Origin: Oligoflexia bacterium
GTDB taxonomy: Bacteria; Bdellovibrionota_G; JANQFH01
Assembly (NCBI GenBank): GCA_028277945.1
Contig: JANQFH010000008.1
Span: forward strand, 128,742 to 192,741
Length of the DNA: 64,000 nucleotides
Reading direction: 5' to 3'
Part shown: piece after piece, positions 36,790 to 45,735 of the stretch
How the letters are laid out: every line of letters begins with the position of its first letter
Numbering within the stretch: the first letter of the stretch is position 1
Position numbers and translations under genes: made by a program
Notes under the pieces: generated by a model
Database searches by the model: none
Told to the model about the DNA's origin: nothing
The model's input: the letters and a program-made list of their open reading frames with translations, nothing else

Positions 36790-37596
36790 TCATTTTCCGT
36801 TAGGTGAATTTTGCCTAGCTTTGTCAAGCAAGTTGGCCAACATACTTAGAAATCCTATGCACTGTAACGCATTTTCTGGCGTATCTGGATCAAGTGTATG
36901 TGCTCTGGGGTTTCTGAACGCTAAAACTGCACCTTCAAATAAGTGCATGATTCCTTCCTGTTCATCTTGATCTGATTGATCTTTCGCTTCATTGAAAGCA
37001 AGCACGGGTTTATTTTTTGAGAATACAGTCCTCATTAAGGGGGCACCATCAAGATCATGCCGCCTTGACTTTTCTTTGACATAGTTGACTAAGGCTAAGC
37101 AAGCATCTAACACTGCATTGCGATAATGGCCATTACGAAACAAATCGGCTGAAACAGCGGAGATACGGGGGTGTAGTTCGAGACCTTCAAAAGTTATACG
37201 GGCTCGTATAGTAGGATCAGAGTCGGCATCTTCAAGATTCTCCTTAAGGTCGTTTATCAGTCCTTCCAATAACTTGACTGTTTGTGGAATGCCATTTGTG
37301 AATCTTCGTTGAATTTCGGATTGAGTCATCATCATATGCATTGGCCCGTGCCAAATCTGATGATGCTGGTTATCTTGATACTGACGAGACTGTGTTCCAT
37401 AAATTCCTTGGATTGTCGAGACAATTTGTCTTTCAATGTTGGTCACCGCCTGATCATCTGGCCGTATATTTTGTGGGTCTAGCGCTTTTACGTCAGCGAT
37501 TCGTCGTCTTAGCTTTTTGATTCCTTTCTTGATTTGGTCGGCTGTAAGCTGTTGATTTTCAGGTTCAGGATGTTGGTATGATCTTGTTGGATGCAT
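36790..37596 (-). CDS. Candidate HEPN-domain protein (TIGR02391/Hypoth_Ymh-like, Abi-associated) with C-terminal Rx4H motif
   Basis: C-terminal AVLAFRNPRAHTLDPDTPENALQCIGFLSMLANLL contains R-N-P-R-A-H (Rx4H), the HEPN RNase signature; helical protein of 268 aa; island cargo next to XRE regulator. Confidence 0.5.
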   Translation of the reverse strand: MHPTRSYQHPEPENQQLTADQIKKGIKKLRRRIADVKALDPQNIRPDDQAVTNIERQIVSTIQGIYGTQSRQYQDNQHHQIWHGPMHMMMTQSEIQRRFTNGIPQTVKLLEGLINDLKENLEDADSDPTIRARITFEGLELHPRISAVSADLFRNGHYRNAVLDACLALVNYVKEKSRRHDLDGAPLMRTVFSKNKPVLAFNEAKDQSDQDEQEGIMHLFEGAVLAFRNPRAHTLDPDTPENALQCIGFLSMLANLLDKARQNSPNGK

Positions 37597-37654
37597 TTAT
37601 AAAGCACCTTTCTAAGTGTTATCTTGAACCCATAGACGCAGGCTTACAGACTTA

Positions 37655-37933
37655 CTACCTAAACAGTGTCTTGGGATCAATACCAGAAGCTTTACATATG
37701 CGCCAAATAGTCATGAGGGTAGGGTTGCCTTCGCCTTTCTTAATTCGAGCAACATAGCGAGGATCTAGCCCAGCAAGCATCTGTTTTCTTTGGCTCATTC
37801 CAGCCTTTTGCAACGCATCAATAAGGTTTTTGCGAAACCGCTTGGAAAAGGTTGCATATGCTTCTTTATAAGCCATAGCCGACTTATAAATAGCCATGCA
37901 ATATCTGCCTATGGTATAATAGACCATAGGCAC
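37655..37933 (-). CDS. XRE-family helix-turn-helix transcriptional regulator (likely start at MAIYKS, 37897)
   Basis: QRKQMLAGLDPRYVARIKKGEGNPTLMTIWRICKASGIDPKTLF is a typical XRE/Cro-type HTH. Confidence 0.7.
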   Translation of the reverse strand: MPMVYYTIGRYCMAIYKSAMAYKEAYATFSKRFRKNLIDALQKAGMSQRKQMLAGLDPRYVARIKKGEGNPTLMTIWRICKASGIDPKTLFR

Positions 37934-37965
37934 CCCTAGAGATTTTCCAGAGCCGGAGGTAGCTT

Positions 37966-38388
37966 TTGTTCAAGTTTCAGCTCATCGCACTACTGCTCTT
38001 TCCGCTTATTGCTTCCTCAGGGGAGACAGCGGTTGTTCCTAAACATAAGCCGTCGGCTTACAAATTTGTTGTCTTGAACTACCGAGTTATTGATGGGGAT
38101 ACCATCGATGCAACCGTTGACCTCGGTTTTCATATCACCAAGACGGATCGTTTTCGCTTTCTTGGTATGGATGCCCCTGAGATAAACCACGAAAAGACTC
38201 GTCAAGCCGGCCAAAAGGCAAAGCAATTCGTCATCAAAAAATTAGCAACAGCAAAAGTGATTGAAATTGAGACTTTCAAACAGGGTAAATTTGGCCGGTA
38301 CTTAGCTACTATCTGGCTAGATCAAAACTACAACAAATCACTTAACCAACTGCTGTTAGATAGAAACTTGGCAATCCCCGTGAAGTAG
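37966..38388 (+). CDS. Secreted staphylococcal-nuclease-like (SNase/thermonuclease) protein
   Basis: Signal peptide LIALLLFPLIASSGE. VIDGDTIDATVDLGFH...RFRFLGMDAPEINH...GRYLATIWLD matches the SNase OB-fold active-site region (R..G.DAPE). Confidence 0.7.
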   Translation: MFKFQLIALLLFPLIASSGETAVVPKHKPSAYKFVVLNYRVIDGDTIDATVDLGFHITKTDRFRFLGMDAPEINHEKTRQAGQKAKQFVIKKLATAKVIEIETFKQGKFGRYLATIWLDQNYNKSLNQLLLDRNLAIPVK

Positions 38389-38402
38389 GAGTAGGAAATT
38401 AT

Positions 38403-39065
38403 ATGGATAATAGTCACAGGCAAAACGTAATGATATTAAAATTAATTTTGTCTTTTGTCGGGCTCGCCGTGATGTTTGCCTGCTGTTCGGTTTACTGCAA
38501 TAGGCCAGCACAGAAAGCTGAGGACAAGAAAGTCATGAAAGAGCATCACAAAAGATTGAAGGAGGGCGGCAATAAACAGCAGAACCTCAAAAAAGGGGAA
38601 GCGCGTCGAAATGCGCCCAAAAGAGAGATTTCTAAGACTGGGGGGCCGTATTTTCCTGGCTTGAATGCCTCTGACATCTATCTCAATCTGAAAAAACGTG
38701 GTTTCGATTGTGTTGGTCCTAAATCCAGCAAAATCGGTGTTTCCTGGTACTGCCAGGACGAAAGGTTTTCAACTCGTAGTTGGAGTGTAACAATTCGTGG
38801 AGAAGGATACTCGCAACTAACATTTGTCACAGCGACGAGCCTCAATTATGGGAAGGGGTCATCTGATGAGATAGCACGGGAGTTTCTTGGCTTTGTAGCT
38901 TCGTTGCCCTATGAAGGTGCAGAACCAGCTAAGGCAAAGGCGTGGGTACTGAGAAATGTTGGAAAGAGAAATGTCTCCTACCGCATTGGAGCGGCAAGAT
39001 TCGAACTTTCTTCAAACGCGAGAGCGCGGATTTTGGACATCTCGGTTGTCTCAGATTCTAAATAG
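38403..39065 (+). CDS. Membrane-anchored/lipoprotein-like hypothetical protein (220 aa)
   Basis: N-terminal hydrophobic segment ILKLILSFVGLAVMFACCS followed by Lys-rich region; no motif. Confidence 0.4.
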   Translation: MDNSHRQNVMILKLILSFVGLAVMFACCSVYCNRPAQKAEDKKVMKEHHKRLKEGGNKQQNLKKGEARRNAPKREISKTGGPYFPGLNASDIYLNLKKRGFDCVGPKSSKIGVSWYCQDERFSTRSWSVTIRGEGYSQLTFVTATSLNYGKGSSDEIAREFLGFVASLPYEGAEPAKAKAWVLRNVGKRNVSYRIGAARFELSSNARARILDISVVSDSK

Positions 39066-39073
39066 CAGTTGCA

Positions 39074-39619
39074 TCAATCCAAATCCTCTTCGGTAAATTG
39101 TCGTTGGGAAGAATTGAGGCAAGACGTTTCGAGCTGGACTCTTGATCTCCAAAACTTGATAAGCGAGTCGTAGATAAACTTTTCATGCTCTTGATTAGGC
39201 AAAATGAACTCACATTGAAAATCCATTTCTAGTCGAAACGCCTTCGCAAGAGGTTCGGCCTGGGTTAGCATTTTATCTGGTTCAACACCGATTTTTTTGC
39301 AGAAGCGGCGAAACCCACTCTGGACAGCTATAAGTGTTCCGAATGCCTCTGTTATCTCTCCAAACGCATCCTCGGTAAACACTGCTAGGGTATAGCGATG
39401 ATATGCCTCCCACCAGAATAGATTCACAATCATGCAAAGCTCGCGGCAGATATTAAAATAACCGAAGAACTCCATGTCGCGAGCTAGATATGCCCTCTTA
39501 GGGCACGTACTAAAGAGTTTCGTGATTTCCTCATTGTCTTTCCGAAAACTACTGTCCAAAACCAGTAAGAATCTCTCCCATACGGTTATGTTTTCGTAGT
39601 GCCGAGTGACGCCTTTCAT
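39074..39619 (-). CDS. Hypothetical island protein (181 aa), translationally coupled to upstream gene (ATGA overlap)
   Basis: ORF; 4-nt overlap with 39616-39933. Confidence 0.45.
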   Translation of the reverse strand: MKGVTRHYENITVWERFLLVLDSSFRKDNEEITKLFSTCPKRAYLARDMEFFGYFNICRELCMIVNLFWWEAYHRYTLAVFTEDAFGEITEAFGTLIAVQSGFRRFCKKIGVEPDKMLTQAEPLAKAFRLEMDFQCEFILPNQEHEKFIYDSLIKFWRSRVQLETSCLNSSQRQFTEEDLD

Positions 39620-39933
39620 TTTGCTCCATTCCTTTGGCTCAAAATTTCTTCAAGCGCCTCAACCCTGCCAACTATCTGTACAGCCTCAACCGCTCGAAGA
39701 GCGATGCCGGCAAGATAACCAATAGTACGTGCTCGCGCTATTGTTTCCACTTTAGGATCAGATTTTACCGTTTGGACCTGCTCTTCAATTAGTAATAAGA
39801 CGTCCCTAGCCGTTTGAAGCCGAAAAGAAGAAGGTATCTGGGTTTGACACGGGGTTTGACTACTTCCAGCGCGTTGCAGCTGCTTGTATTCGCGCTGATA
39901 GTTCCTGCTTTTCTCTGGGTCTTTGTAGGGCAT
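39616..39933 (-). CDS. Hypothetical island protein (105 aa) immediately downstream of primase gene
   Basis: ORF starting 3 nt after the primase stop. Confidence 0.4.
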   Translation of the reverse strand: MPYKDPEKSRNYQREYKQLQRAGSSQTPCQTQIPSSFRLQTARDVLLLIEEQVQTVKSDPKVETIARARTIGYLAGIALRAVEAVQIVGRVEALEEILSQRNGAK

Positions 39934-39936
39934 GGG

Positions 39937-42444
39937 TCAGCTTTCCATATTAGATCCAAGGTTTTCTAATGTTCCGCTAGTTGGCGGAAAATGGGAAAGA
40001 TGGGAAACTTGATGCCATTCTCCAAATACTTGTTTCTCTTTTTTCCCTTTTTCCGGCAACTTTAAGAGCAAGGGACTAACACGATAAATGGTGGTCGGTT
40101 TTCGGGTAGCCACTCTTTTTGGCTTACTGATTAAGTTGCGATCACTTAGAATCTTTAGTGCACACGTCAAATGTTCCGACTTTCCAAATTTTCTATGGCG
40201 CATGGCTGAGGTAAGCTGCGTGCGAGTAAATGAGGGCTTTCCTTGTGCCATAATCCATTGGAAGATCTCTTTTGCATTTTCGACTGTTTGATCTGCTCCC
40301 ATCAAGCCATAGGCTGCAATCATATGCTCTGTGAGCAGAGCAGCTATTGTTAGGGCCTTTGCCATTGTCTCTCCAGAAATAACGAGCTGCTCTTGGTCAT
40401 AATTCCCAACATGCAAAATTCCCGCTAGACGAAGAGCAAACCCACATATTTTCCCGCCACTACCCAGACAAGGTGCTAGCCTGCCATCTGGTCGAAGCTG
40501 AGTTTCTATTTTCGCTTGAAATTCACGCCATTCTTGAAGAGCTTCAGGTGAAAGAGTTAGAACATGGCGTCGATCTTGGTCTTCTTTGGGCAATGACGGA
40601 AGGTCTAGCAGCATTTTAATCTTTTGGTGGTAAGCTTGCCGAGCTTCCAAAGGAACCGGCGGCTTATCATGAGTGCGATATCCGAGTTTACTTTTTGGTA
40701 TGACAAAGAGAAAACGTTCTAACATTCCATTGCCAGTAAAGGCCTTTTTAGATCTCATATTTTGGATAATGACGGGCTGCACAGTCAAAACAATCGTGAG
40801 AAAAGGTGTTATGTCAAAATTACGGTCTTTACGTCGAATCCTTACGTGTCCACCATCGATTCCCTTCAACAAAATATCTACGTTTGCCGAACCCCCGGTG
40901 TAAAGGCCGCTCATGGTCTCGACAATGCCTCCCTCATCTGAAAATATAGCGAAATGCCCTCCTTGCTCATAAACGCTATTAGCAAGCGCCTCAGGCGTTG
41001 TATCGTTAGAGAATAGCTGTGGCAGGGCTTGGGGTTCAATTAAAGATATCTCTTCCTCGGCGATTTTGTTGATTAGTTCTCGTTGTTTTGAAGCATCTTT
41101 TTCCCGTGCGGCCTTAGCCCTTAGGGATTCGATAATTTTCTCTTGGCTTTTTCGTTCCGAGCGCTGCCGTTTGATTTCGGCCTCTAAAGTTTGTGCTTGT
41201 TCACGTTCCCAGCTTATGAGTGGTTCCGTACAGTTATTAAAGACCTGTGTTTTATTATTTGCTGGGGGGAGAGCAATAAGTGTGTAAATATTAAGGGACT
41301 CACGCCAACCATCCTTCGGACTGACGACAAAGTGTTTTGCTGCCGCAGCCGATACCGTGCCAAGAACGCACATTACAGCCAGAGCCTCAGGGACTTCTGT
41401 GGACGTAGCAAGTGCCGCGGCAAATTTTCCGAGCACACCTGGCAAAAGGTCCGCTGGAATATCTGGTGTCTCGATCTCCTCAAAGAGGATCGGATCGTCC
41501 CACAGGCCGGAATCATCCTTTCGTGGGGTTGAGAACTTGATCCATTCCGACGGTACGGCGTGTAAATGATGCTTGATAGCATCAAGCAATCTTTCTTGTA
41601 TTTTTGCCCGCATCGGATGATCGTCTAATGAGGTCAACTCGTTCCAGTCAGTAAGTTCGGGTTGCTGTTTTAGCCAGTCGCAAACGTCCCCTTTTTCAGG
41701 CAACCCAGGCAGGCGAACTACTTTCATCACTGGTGCTGGTTTGCAATCCTGTATGATCCGCCAAACCTTTTTGATATAGCCTTCTCCCGCTTTGTCATTA
41801 TCTGGGGCGAGGTATATAAGGCTGACACCTTCCAACTCCTTCCAGTTAGTAAGATGGGCGCTACTCGCACCAAATAAACTTGTTACACACTGAAGACCGA
41901 GCCCTGCAAAAGCTGCTTGCTTTTTCTGCCCTTCAACCACGACAATAGCGTCATTCTTGTCTGTAAGAGTATCGAGTCCAATGAGGGGGTAACCGTTCTT
42001 TTTCATCTCCTGTGGTATGCCGGGCAAGAAACTTTTTCCGTTGGACCGGTAAAAGGGAATGTCCTCTTTGGGCTTGCCATTTCTGCCGGGAGCAAACCGT
42101 CTGATTTCGCCGATCACTTGACCGGTCTTATCCCGGTGTTCCCAAACAAAAATAGGGTTAGCCATTTTGCTATTCCAAGCTCCAAGTGCCAGTGCGGCCT
42201 CCTTGAAAGATTGCTGGTGCCGCTTCATTTGAAAACTAAGCACGTCGCCGCCACGCGCCCCGCACGCCATGCAACGATAACAACCGATACTAAGGTGTAC
42301 TCGCAGGGATGGTTTGTGATCGTCGTGGAAGGGGCAAATAGCCGATCTCCACTCACCGTTGCCAATCAACTTGAGGCCCTGAGCGTGGTAATAATCCGCA
42401 GGGTTTGGAAGGCGATCACGTGCAAAGCCGAATTGAGTCATTCG
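39937..42444 (-). CDS. Phage/plasmid (P4-type) DNA primase: N-terminal CHC2 zinc finger + Toprim domain + large C-terminal DUF3987-like domain (likely start MTQFGF at 42444; track start 42495 overlaps alpA)
   Basis: CPFHDDHKPSLRVHLSIGCYRCMACGARGGDV (CHC2 zinc finger). IVVVEGQKKQAAFAGLGLQCV...YLAPDNDKAGEG (Toprim E/DxD). Long C-terminal domain. Confidence 0.8.
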   Translation of the reverse strand, partial: RMTQFGFARDRLPNPADYYHAQGLKLIGNGEWRSAICPFHDDHKPSLRVHLSIGCYRCMACGARGGDVLSFQMKRHQQSFKEAALALGAWNSKMANPIFVWEHRDKTGQVIGEIRRFAPGRNGKPKEDIPFYRSNGKSFLPGIPQEMKKNGYPLIGLDTLTDKNDAIVVVEGQKKQAAFAGLGLQCVTSLFGASSAHLTNWKELEGVSLIYLAPDNDKAGEGYIKKVWRIIQDCKPAPVMKVVRLPGLPEKGDVCDWLKQQPELTDWNELTSLDDHPMRAKIQERLLDAIKHHLHAVPSEWIKFSTPRKDDSGLWDDPILFEEIETPDIPADLLPGVLGKFAAALATSTEVPEALAVMCVLGTVSAAAAKHFVVSPKDGWRESLNIYTLIALPPANNKTQVFNNCTEPLISWEREQAQTLEAEIKRQRSERKSQEKIIESLRAKAAREKDASKQRELINKIAEEEISLIEPQALPQLFSNDTTPEALANSVYEQGGHFAIFSDEGGIVETMSGLYTGGSANVDILLKGIDGGHVRIRRKDRNFDITPFLTIVLTVQPVIIQNMRSKKAFTGNGMLERFLFVIPKSKLGYRTHDKPPVPLEARQAYHQKIKMLLDLPSLPKEDQDRRHVLTLSPEALQEWREFQAKIETQLRPDGRLAPCLGSGGKICGFALRLAGILHVGNYDQEQLVISGETMAKALTIAALLTEHMIAAYGLMGADQTVENAKEIFQWIMAQGKPSFTRTQLTSAMRHRKFGKSEHLTCALKILSDRNLISKPKRVATRKPTTIYRVSPLLLKLPEKGKKEKQVFGEWHQVSHLSHFPPTSGTLENLGSNMES

Positions 42445-42446
42445 TT

Positions 42447-42650
42447 TTACCTTTTTGGGCCCTTTTGTGATTGTGTTATGCGCTCGGTGATCCAATGGTC
42501 AACTTCACTGGAGATCCATGCAACGGACCGTGATCCAAGCCGAACAGGTTTTGGAAAATCGCCGTCGGCTATCTTTTCATAGAGTGAGGACCGAGGAAGG
42601 CCAGTTAGGGCCTCGACTACTCGTCGGCGAAGCAGTTTTTTTGTATCCAT
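42447..42650 (-). CDS. alpA: AlpA-family phage regulatory protein / excisionase-like MerR-type HTH
   Basis: LLRRRVVEALTGLPRSSLYEKIADGDFPKPVRLGSRSVAWISSEVDHWI is the canonical AlpA/Xis pattern. Confidence 0.8.
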   Translation of the reverse strand: MDTKKLLRRRVVEALTGLPRSSLYEKIADGDFPKPVRLGSRSVAWISSEVDHWITERITQSQKGPKR

Positions 42651-42753
42651 TGTTTTCTCCAGTGACAGATATATTCAGATAATTACGGAAGCCTTCGGAA
42701 ACTTCAACAGTTCAGGGAAGGAGAAACCACCCGAAGAAAAATAGGACTGGTGT

Positions 42754-43422
42754 CTACTTGAAATCTAAGTGTTTTTTTCTAAATGACGGGGTGTTGGCTG
42801 GTAGTGTTTTGTTGATTCGATTCTTGATTTGATTTGGCGAAAGCAAAAATTTTCGGAATTTAGGAGGGTAAAAACTCTCTATCGCCTTTAACGCCTCGGC
42901 AGTTAACGAGAACGCTTTATCAGCGTATCTCCTGATCCCATCCATATCCATTTCCTCATTGATGACATCGGTAATCTTTTTGAGCATTATAGTAAAACCA
43001 CCAACATCGGTGAATTTACGTTTCCCTTTTGGGAGAGTCTTGTTGTCAGAAGAAAATTTTGTATAATCCAGTCTCGTTTCATAAAGATAACTAAAAATCT
43101 TTTCCGCCTGCCTCCAATCCTCGACAGAAAAGGGCTGTGGATCAGCTTGCCTCATAGCGCAAAACGCTATGATTTTTTTTAGTTCACGGTCTGTTACGTC
43201 AAAACCAAGCCTGTCTTTTACGATGGAAGAGGAGTACAAATCGGCATATTTTAACGTTAGCTTATGCAGGTCTATGCTCAGAATTTTTGCAATTGACCGC
43301 AATGTTTTGGGTTTTAGAGAAGATAGTCTTTCATTTTGATGAAACAGTTTCACATAACCATCTTCACGCTCTTTCCGAAATTGAGCTTTTGTGTACTTAA
43401 ATCTATAGGAGAAATCAGTCAT
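42754..43422 (-). CDS. Hypothetical island protein (222 aa), start overlaps integrase stop by 4 nt
   Basis: ORF, Lys-rich, no motif recognised; translationally coupled to int. Confidence 0.45.
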   Translation of the reverse strand: MTDFSYRFKYTKAQFRKEREDGYVKLFHQNERLSSLKPKTLRSIAKILSIDLHKLTLKYADLYSSSIVKDRLGFDVTDRELKKIIAFCAMRQADPQPFSVEDWRQAEKIFSYLYETRLDYTKFSSDNKTLPKGKRKFTDVGGFTIMLKKITDVINEEMDMDGIRRYADKAFSLTAEALKAIESFYPPKFRKFLLSPNQIKNRINKTLPANTPSFRKKHLDFK

Positions 43423-44579
43423 ATTTTTTGGATGTTGCTTAGGCTAGCCATACTTTGCAGAGAAATCACTTGGGCCCCTCTCTTCAAATTATCAAGATAG
43501 TCAGCCCATTGCTGCATCATTTTTCTTCGCTCGACGAGGTGAGCGGTGCGGTTATAGGCTCGTCCGTTGGGATCGCGGACAGCATGGGCCAGTTGGTGTT
43601 CGATGAAGTCAGGGCGGACGCCTAAGATTTCATCCAGCATGGTGCGCGCCATGGCGCGAAAGCCGTGGCCGCTCATTTGGTCTTTGGTGTAGCCCATGCG
43701 TCTCAGGGCGGCCAGAACAGCATTATTGCTCATCGGCCTGGTGTTGGTACGCATGCTGGGGAAAACATAGCGGCCATCACCGGTCACCTGGTGAATCTCG
43801 CGCAGAACTGCAAGAGCTTGCCTTGATAGGGGAACCAGATGCGGTTCGCGCATCTTCATGCGTTCGGCTGGGATATTCCATTCAGCGTGGTCAAAGTCGA
43901 TCTCTTGCCACTGTGCTTTGCGAAGTTCACCAGGCCGGACAAACACCAAGGGAGCTAGGCGCAACGCGTACTTCGTCACAATAAAACCTTCGTAGTCGTC
44001 AATGGCACGTAGTAGCCCGCCAACATCGTTAGGGCTGGTGATTGCAGCTAAATGTTGTTTTTTGACTGCTGGTAAGGCACCACGCAAGTCATTGGAGATA
44101 TCTCGCTCAGCACGACCTGTTGCAACGGCATAACGAAAAACCTGTCCGCAGTTTTGCAAGACCCGATGGGCGGTTTCTATGGCTCCACGTTCTTCAATGC
44201 GACGAAGCGCTGTTAGCAGTTGAGGTGGTTTGATGTCGGCAATAGGGTGTTTACCGATCCAAGGTAAGATATCCTTTTCAAGTCGCTGCAAGATCCTGTG
44301 GCCATGGCCTTGGGACCAGTTATGAGAATTTTTGGCAAGCCATTCTCGCACCACCACTTCAAAACTATTAGCTACTTTCTGTGCTCTTGCTGCTTTAAAG
44401 GCTTTGCGGTGTTCGCTAGGGTCCACATCATCGGCGAGCAACTTCCTAGCTTGAGTATGACGTTCCCTGGCATCTTTTAGGCTCACGTCGGGATAGACAC
44501 CGAGAGACAACCGCTTTTCTTTGCCATCAAAGCGGTATTTGAAGCGCCACCACTTGCCACCGGTTGGAGCTACCTCCAA
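43419..44579 (-). CDS. int: Tyrosine site-specific integrase (P4-type)
   Basis: N-terminal arm-binding region (WRFKYRFDGKEKRLSLGVYPDVSLKDARE); catalytic region HGFRAMARTMLDE...IEHQLAH...AYNR with R..H..R..Y arrangement; located next to the ssrA 3' end. Confidence 0.9.
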   Translation of the reverse strand: MEVAPTGGKWWRFKYRFDGKEKRLSLGVYPDVSLKDARERHTQARKLLADDVDPSEHRKAFKAARAQKVANSFEVVVREWLAKNSHNWSQGHGHRILQRLEKDILPWIGKHPIADIKPPQLLTALRRIEERGAIETAHRVLQNCGQVFRYAVATGRAERDISNDLRGALPAVKKQHLAAITSPNDVGGLLRAIDDYEGFIVTKYALRLAPLVFVRPGELRKAQWQEIDFDHAEWNIPAERMKMREPHLVPLSRQALAVLREIHQVTGDGRYVFPSMRTNTRPMSNNAVLAALRRMGYTKDQMSGHGFRAMARTMLDEILGVRPDFIEHQLAHAVRDPNGRAYNRTAHLVERRKMMQQWADYLDNLKRGAQVISLQSMASLSNIQKI

Positions 44580-44822
44580 ATAGAGGCCACCGCCATCGAA
44601 GAGACGGTAGATCTTCTCACCAGGTTTGGCGTTTCTTATTTTTACATCGGTTAACGGAATGGGGGCAACTCCTATTTGTTAAGCTTGAGTGCTCCCCATA
44701 GTTGCCCCAATTGAGAACCGGATGTCAATGGAAAGTTTCGGACCTTCTTGGACTAAATAGTTATCAAAATTAAGTGGTTAAAGACGTTTTCGGACTTTCT
44801 CGGACACTATCGGACTAGTAAA

Positions 44823-45176
44823 TGGTGGAGGCGGCGGGAGTCGAACCCGCGTCCGAAAGTCTCTTGGAGACAGGCAGCTACATGTTTAGCGCGTGATTTA
44901 AGTCTCGCACCTTAAAGCTCCCACGAGCAGGATCTTAAAATGCCAGCCCATCAAAAGTCTCATTGCTAACGTGATTGGCGCCGCTAGCAACCAGCCTGCT
45001 AGTTTTGCGCCCCAGCCCCTGTAGCAGGCGTCGGAGGTGAGACGTGGCTGTCAATTAAGCAGCCAATGCATAGTTGTCAGTGCCAACTATGTTTTTTCCA
45101 TCCGTTTTACGAGCAGACGGAACCCTCGACATGCTCCTGAATCCTTGATGACCCCCGTCGAGACCACATCGCCCCC
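44823..45176 (-). ncRNA. ssrA: tmRNA (transfer-messenger RNA), about 354 nt
   Basis: 5' end GGGGGCGAUGUGGUCUCGACGGGGG and 3' tRNA-like end GGACGCGGGUUCGACUCCCGCCGCCUCCACCA. Internal tag reading frame ...GGC ACU GAC AAC UAU GCA UUG GCU GCU UAA (predicted tag ending DNYALAA). Adjacent to smpB. Confidence 0.9.
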
Positions 45177-45258
45177 TTGTCCTGGGTTATTCATCACGGC
45201 AACGTGCTGCTTATCGTGAATTATAACCGTTACGAGTGTTATCAAGCAATCCGCTTAG

Positions 45259-45735
45259 CTATTTTCGTCGCTTCTCCTTGGCCTTTCTGAGCTCCTTTCG
45301 CGATGCCTCGCGATCGATGACATCCCGTTTATCATACTTTCTCTTGCCAATGGCAAGGGCGATCTCCACCTTGGCCTTACCATGATCGTTGAAGTAAAGC
45401 TTTAAGGGAATCAAGGTAAAGCCACGCTCATCAACCTTGCTCTTGAGACGGCGGATCTCCTCCTTTTTCAGTAGCAGCTTGCGTCGTCGCAGCGGCTCAT
45501 GGTTGTAGCGATTGCCTTGGGCAAAAGGGGAGATGTGTACGTGGTAGAGATAGGCCTCGCCGTTTTCTATGCTGACATAACCATCGCCGAGGTTGGCGCG
45601 GCCGAGCCGCAGCGACTTTACCTCAGTGCCCTGAAGCACCAGGCCCGCCTCCATGGTGCGCTCAATTTGATAGTTGCGGCGGGCACGTCTATTTTGACAG
45701 ACTAACTGCATGGGCTTAAGGTTCTTTAATAGCAA
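45259..45735 (-). CDS. smpB: SsrA-binding protein SmpB
   Basis: 158 aa. RRARRNYQIE..LVLQGTEVKSLR..YLYHVHISPF..LLLKKEEIRRL..LIPLKLYFNDHGKAKVEIALAIGKRKYDKR matches SmpB throughout. Confidence 0.9.
   Translation of the reverse strand: MLLKNLKPMQLVCQNRRARRNYQIERTMEAGLVLQGTEVKSLRLGRANLGDGYVSIENGEAYLYHVHISPFAQGNRYNHEPLRRRKLLLKKEEIRRLKSKVDERGFTLIPLKLYFNDHGKAKVEIALAIGKRKYDKRDVIDREASRKELRKAKEKRRK

Larger units (their letters stand above)
35129..44846 (-). mobile_element. About 9.7 kb integrative element (P4/PICI-like satellite or genomic island) inserted at the 3' end of ssrA, bounded by 21-nt direct repeats (attL 35129-35149, attR 44826-44846)
   Basis: Tyrosine integrase adjacent to tmRNA; AlpA and CHC2/Toprim primase gene set; tightly coupled co-directional genes; visibly AT-rich relative to flanking core; duplicated tmRNA 3' end (20/21 identical). 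Confidence 0.7.
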
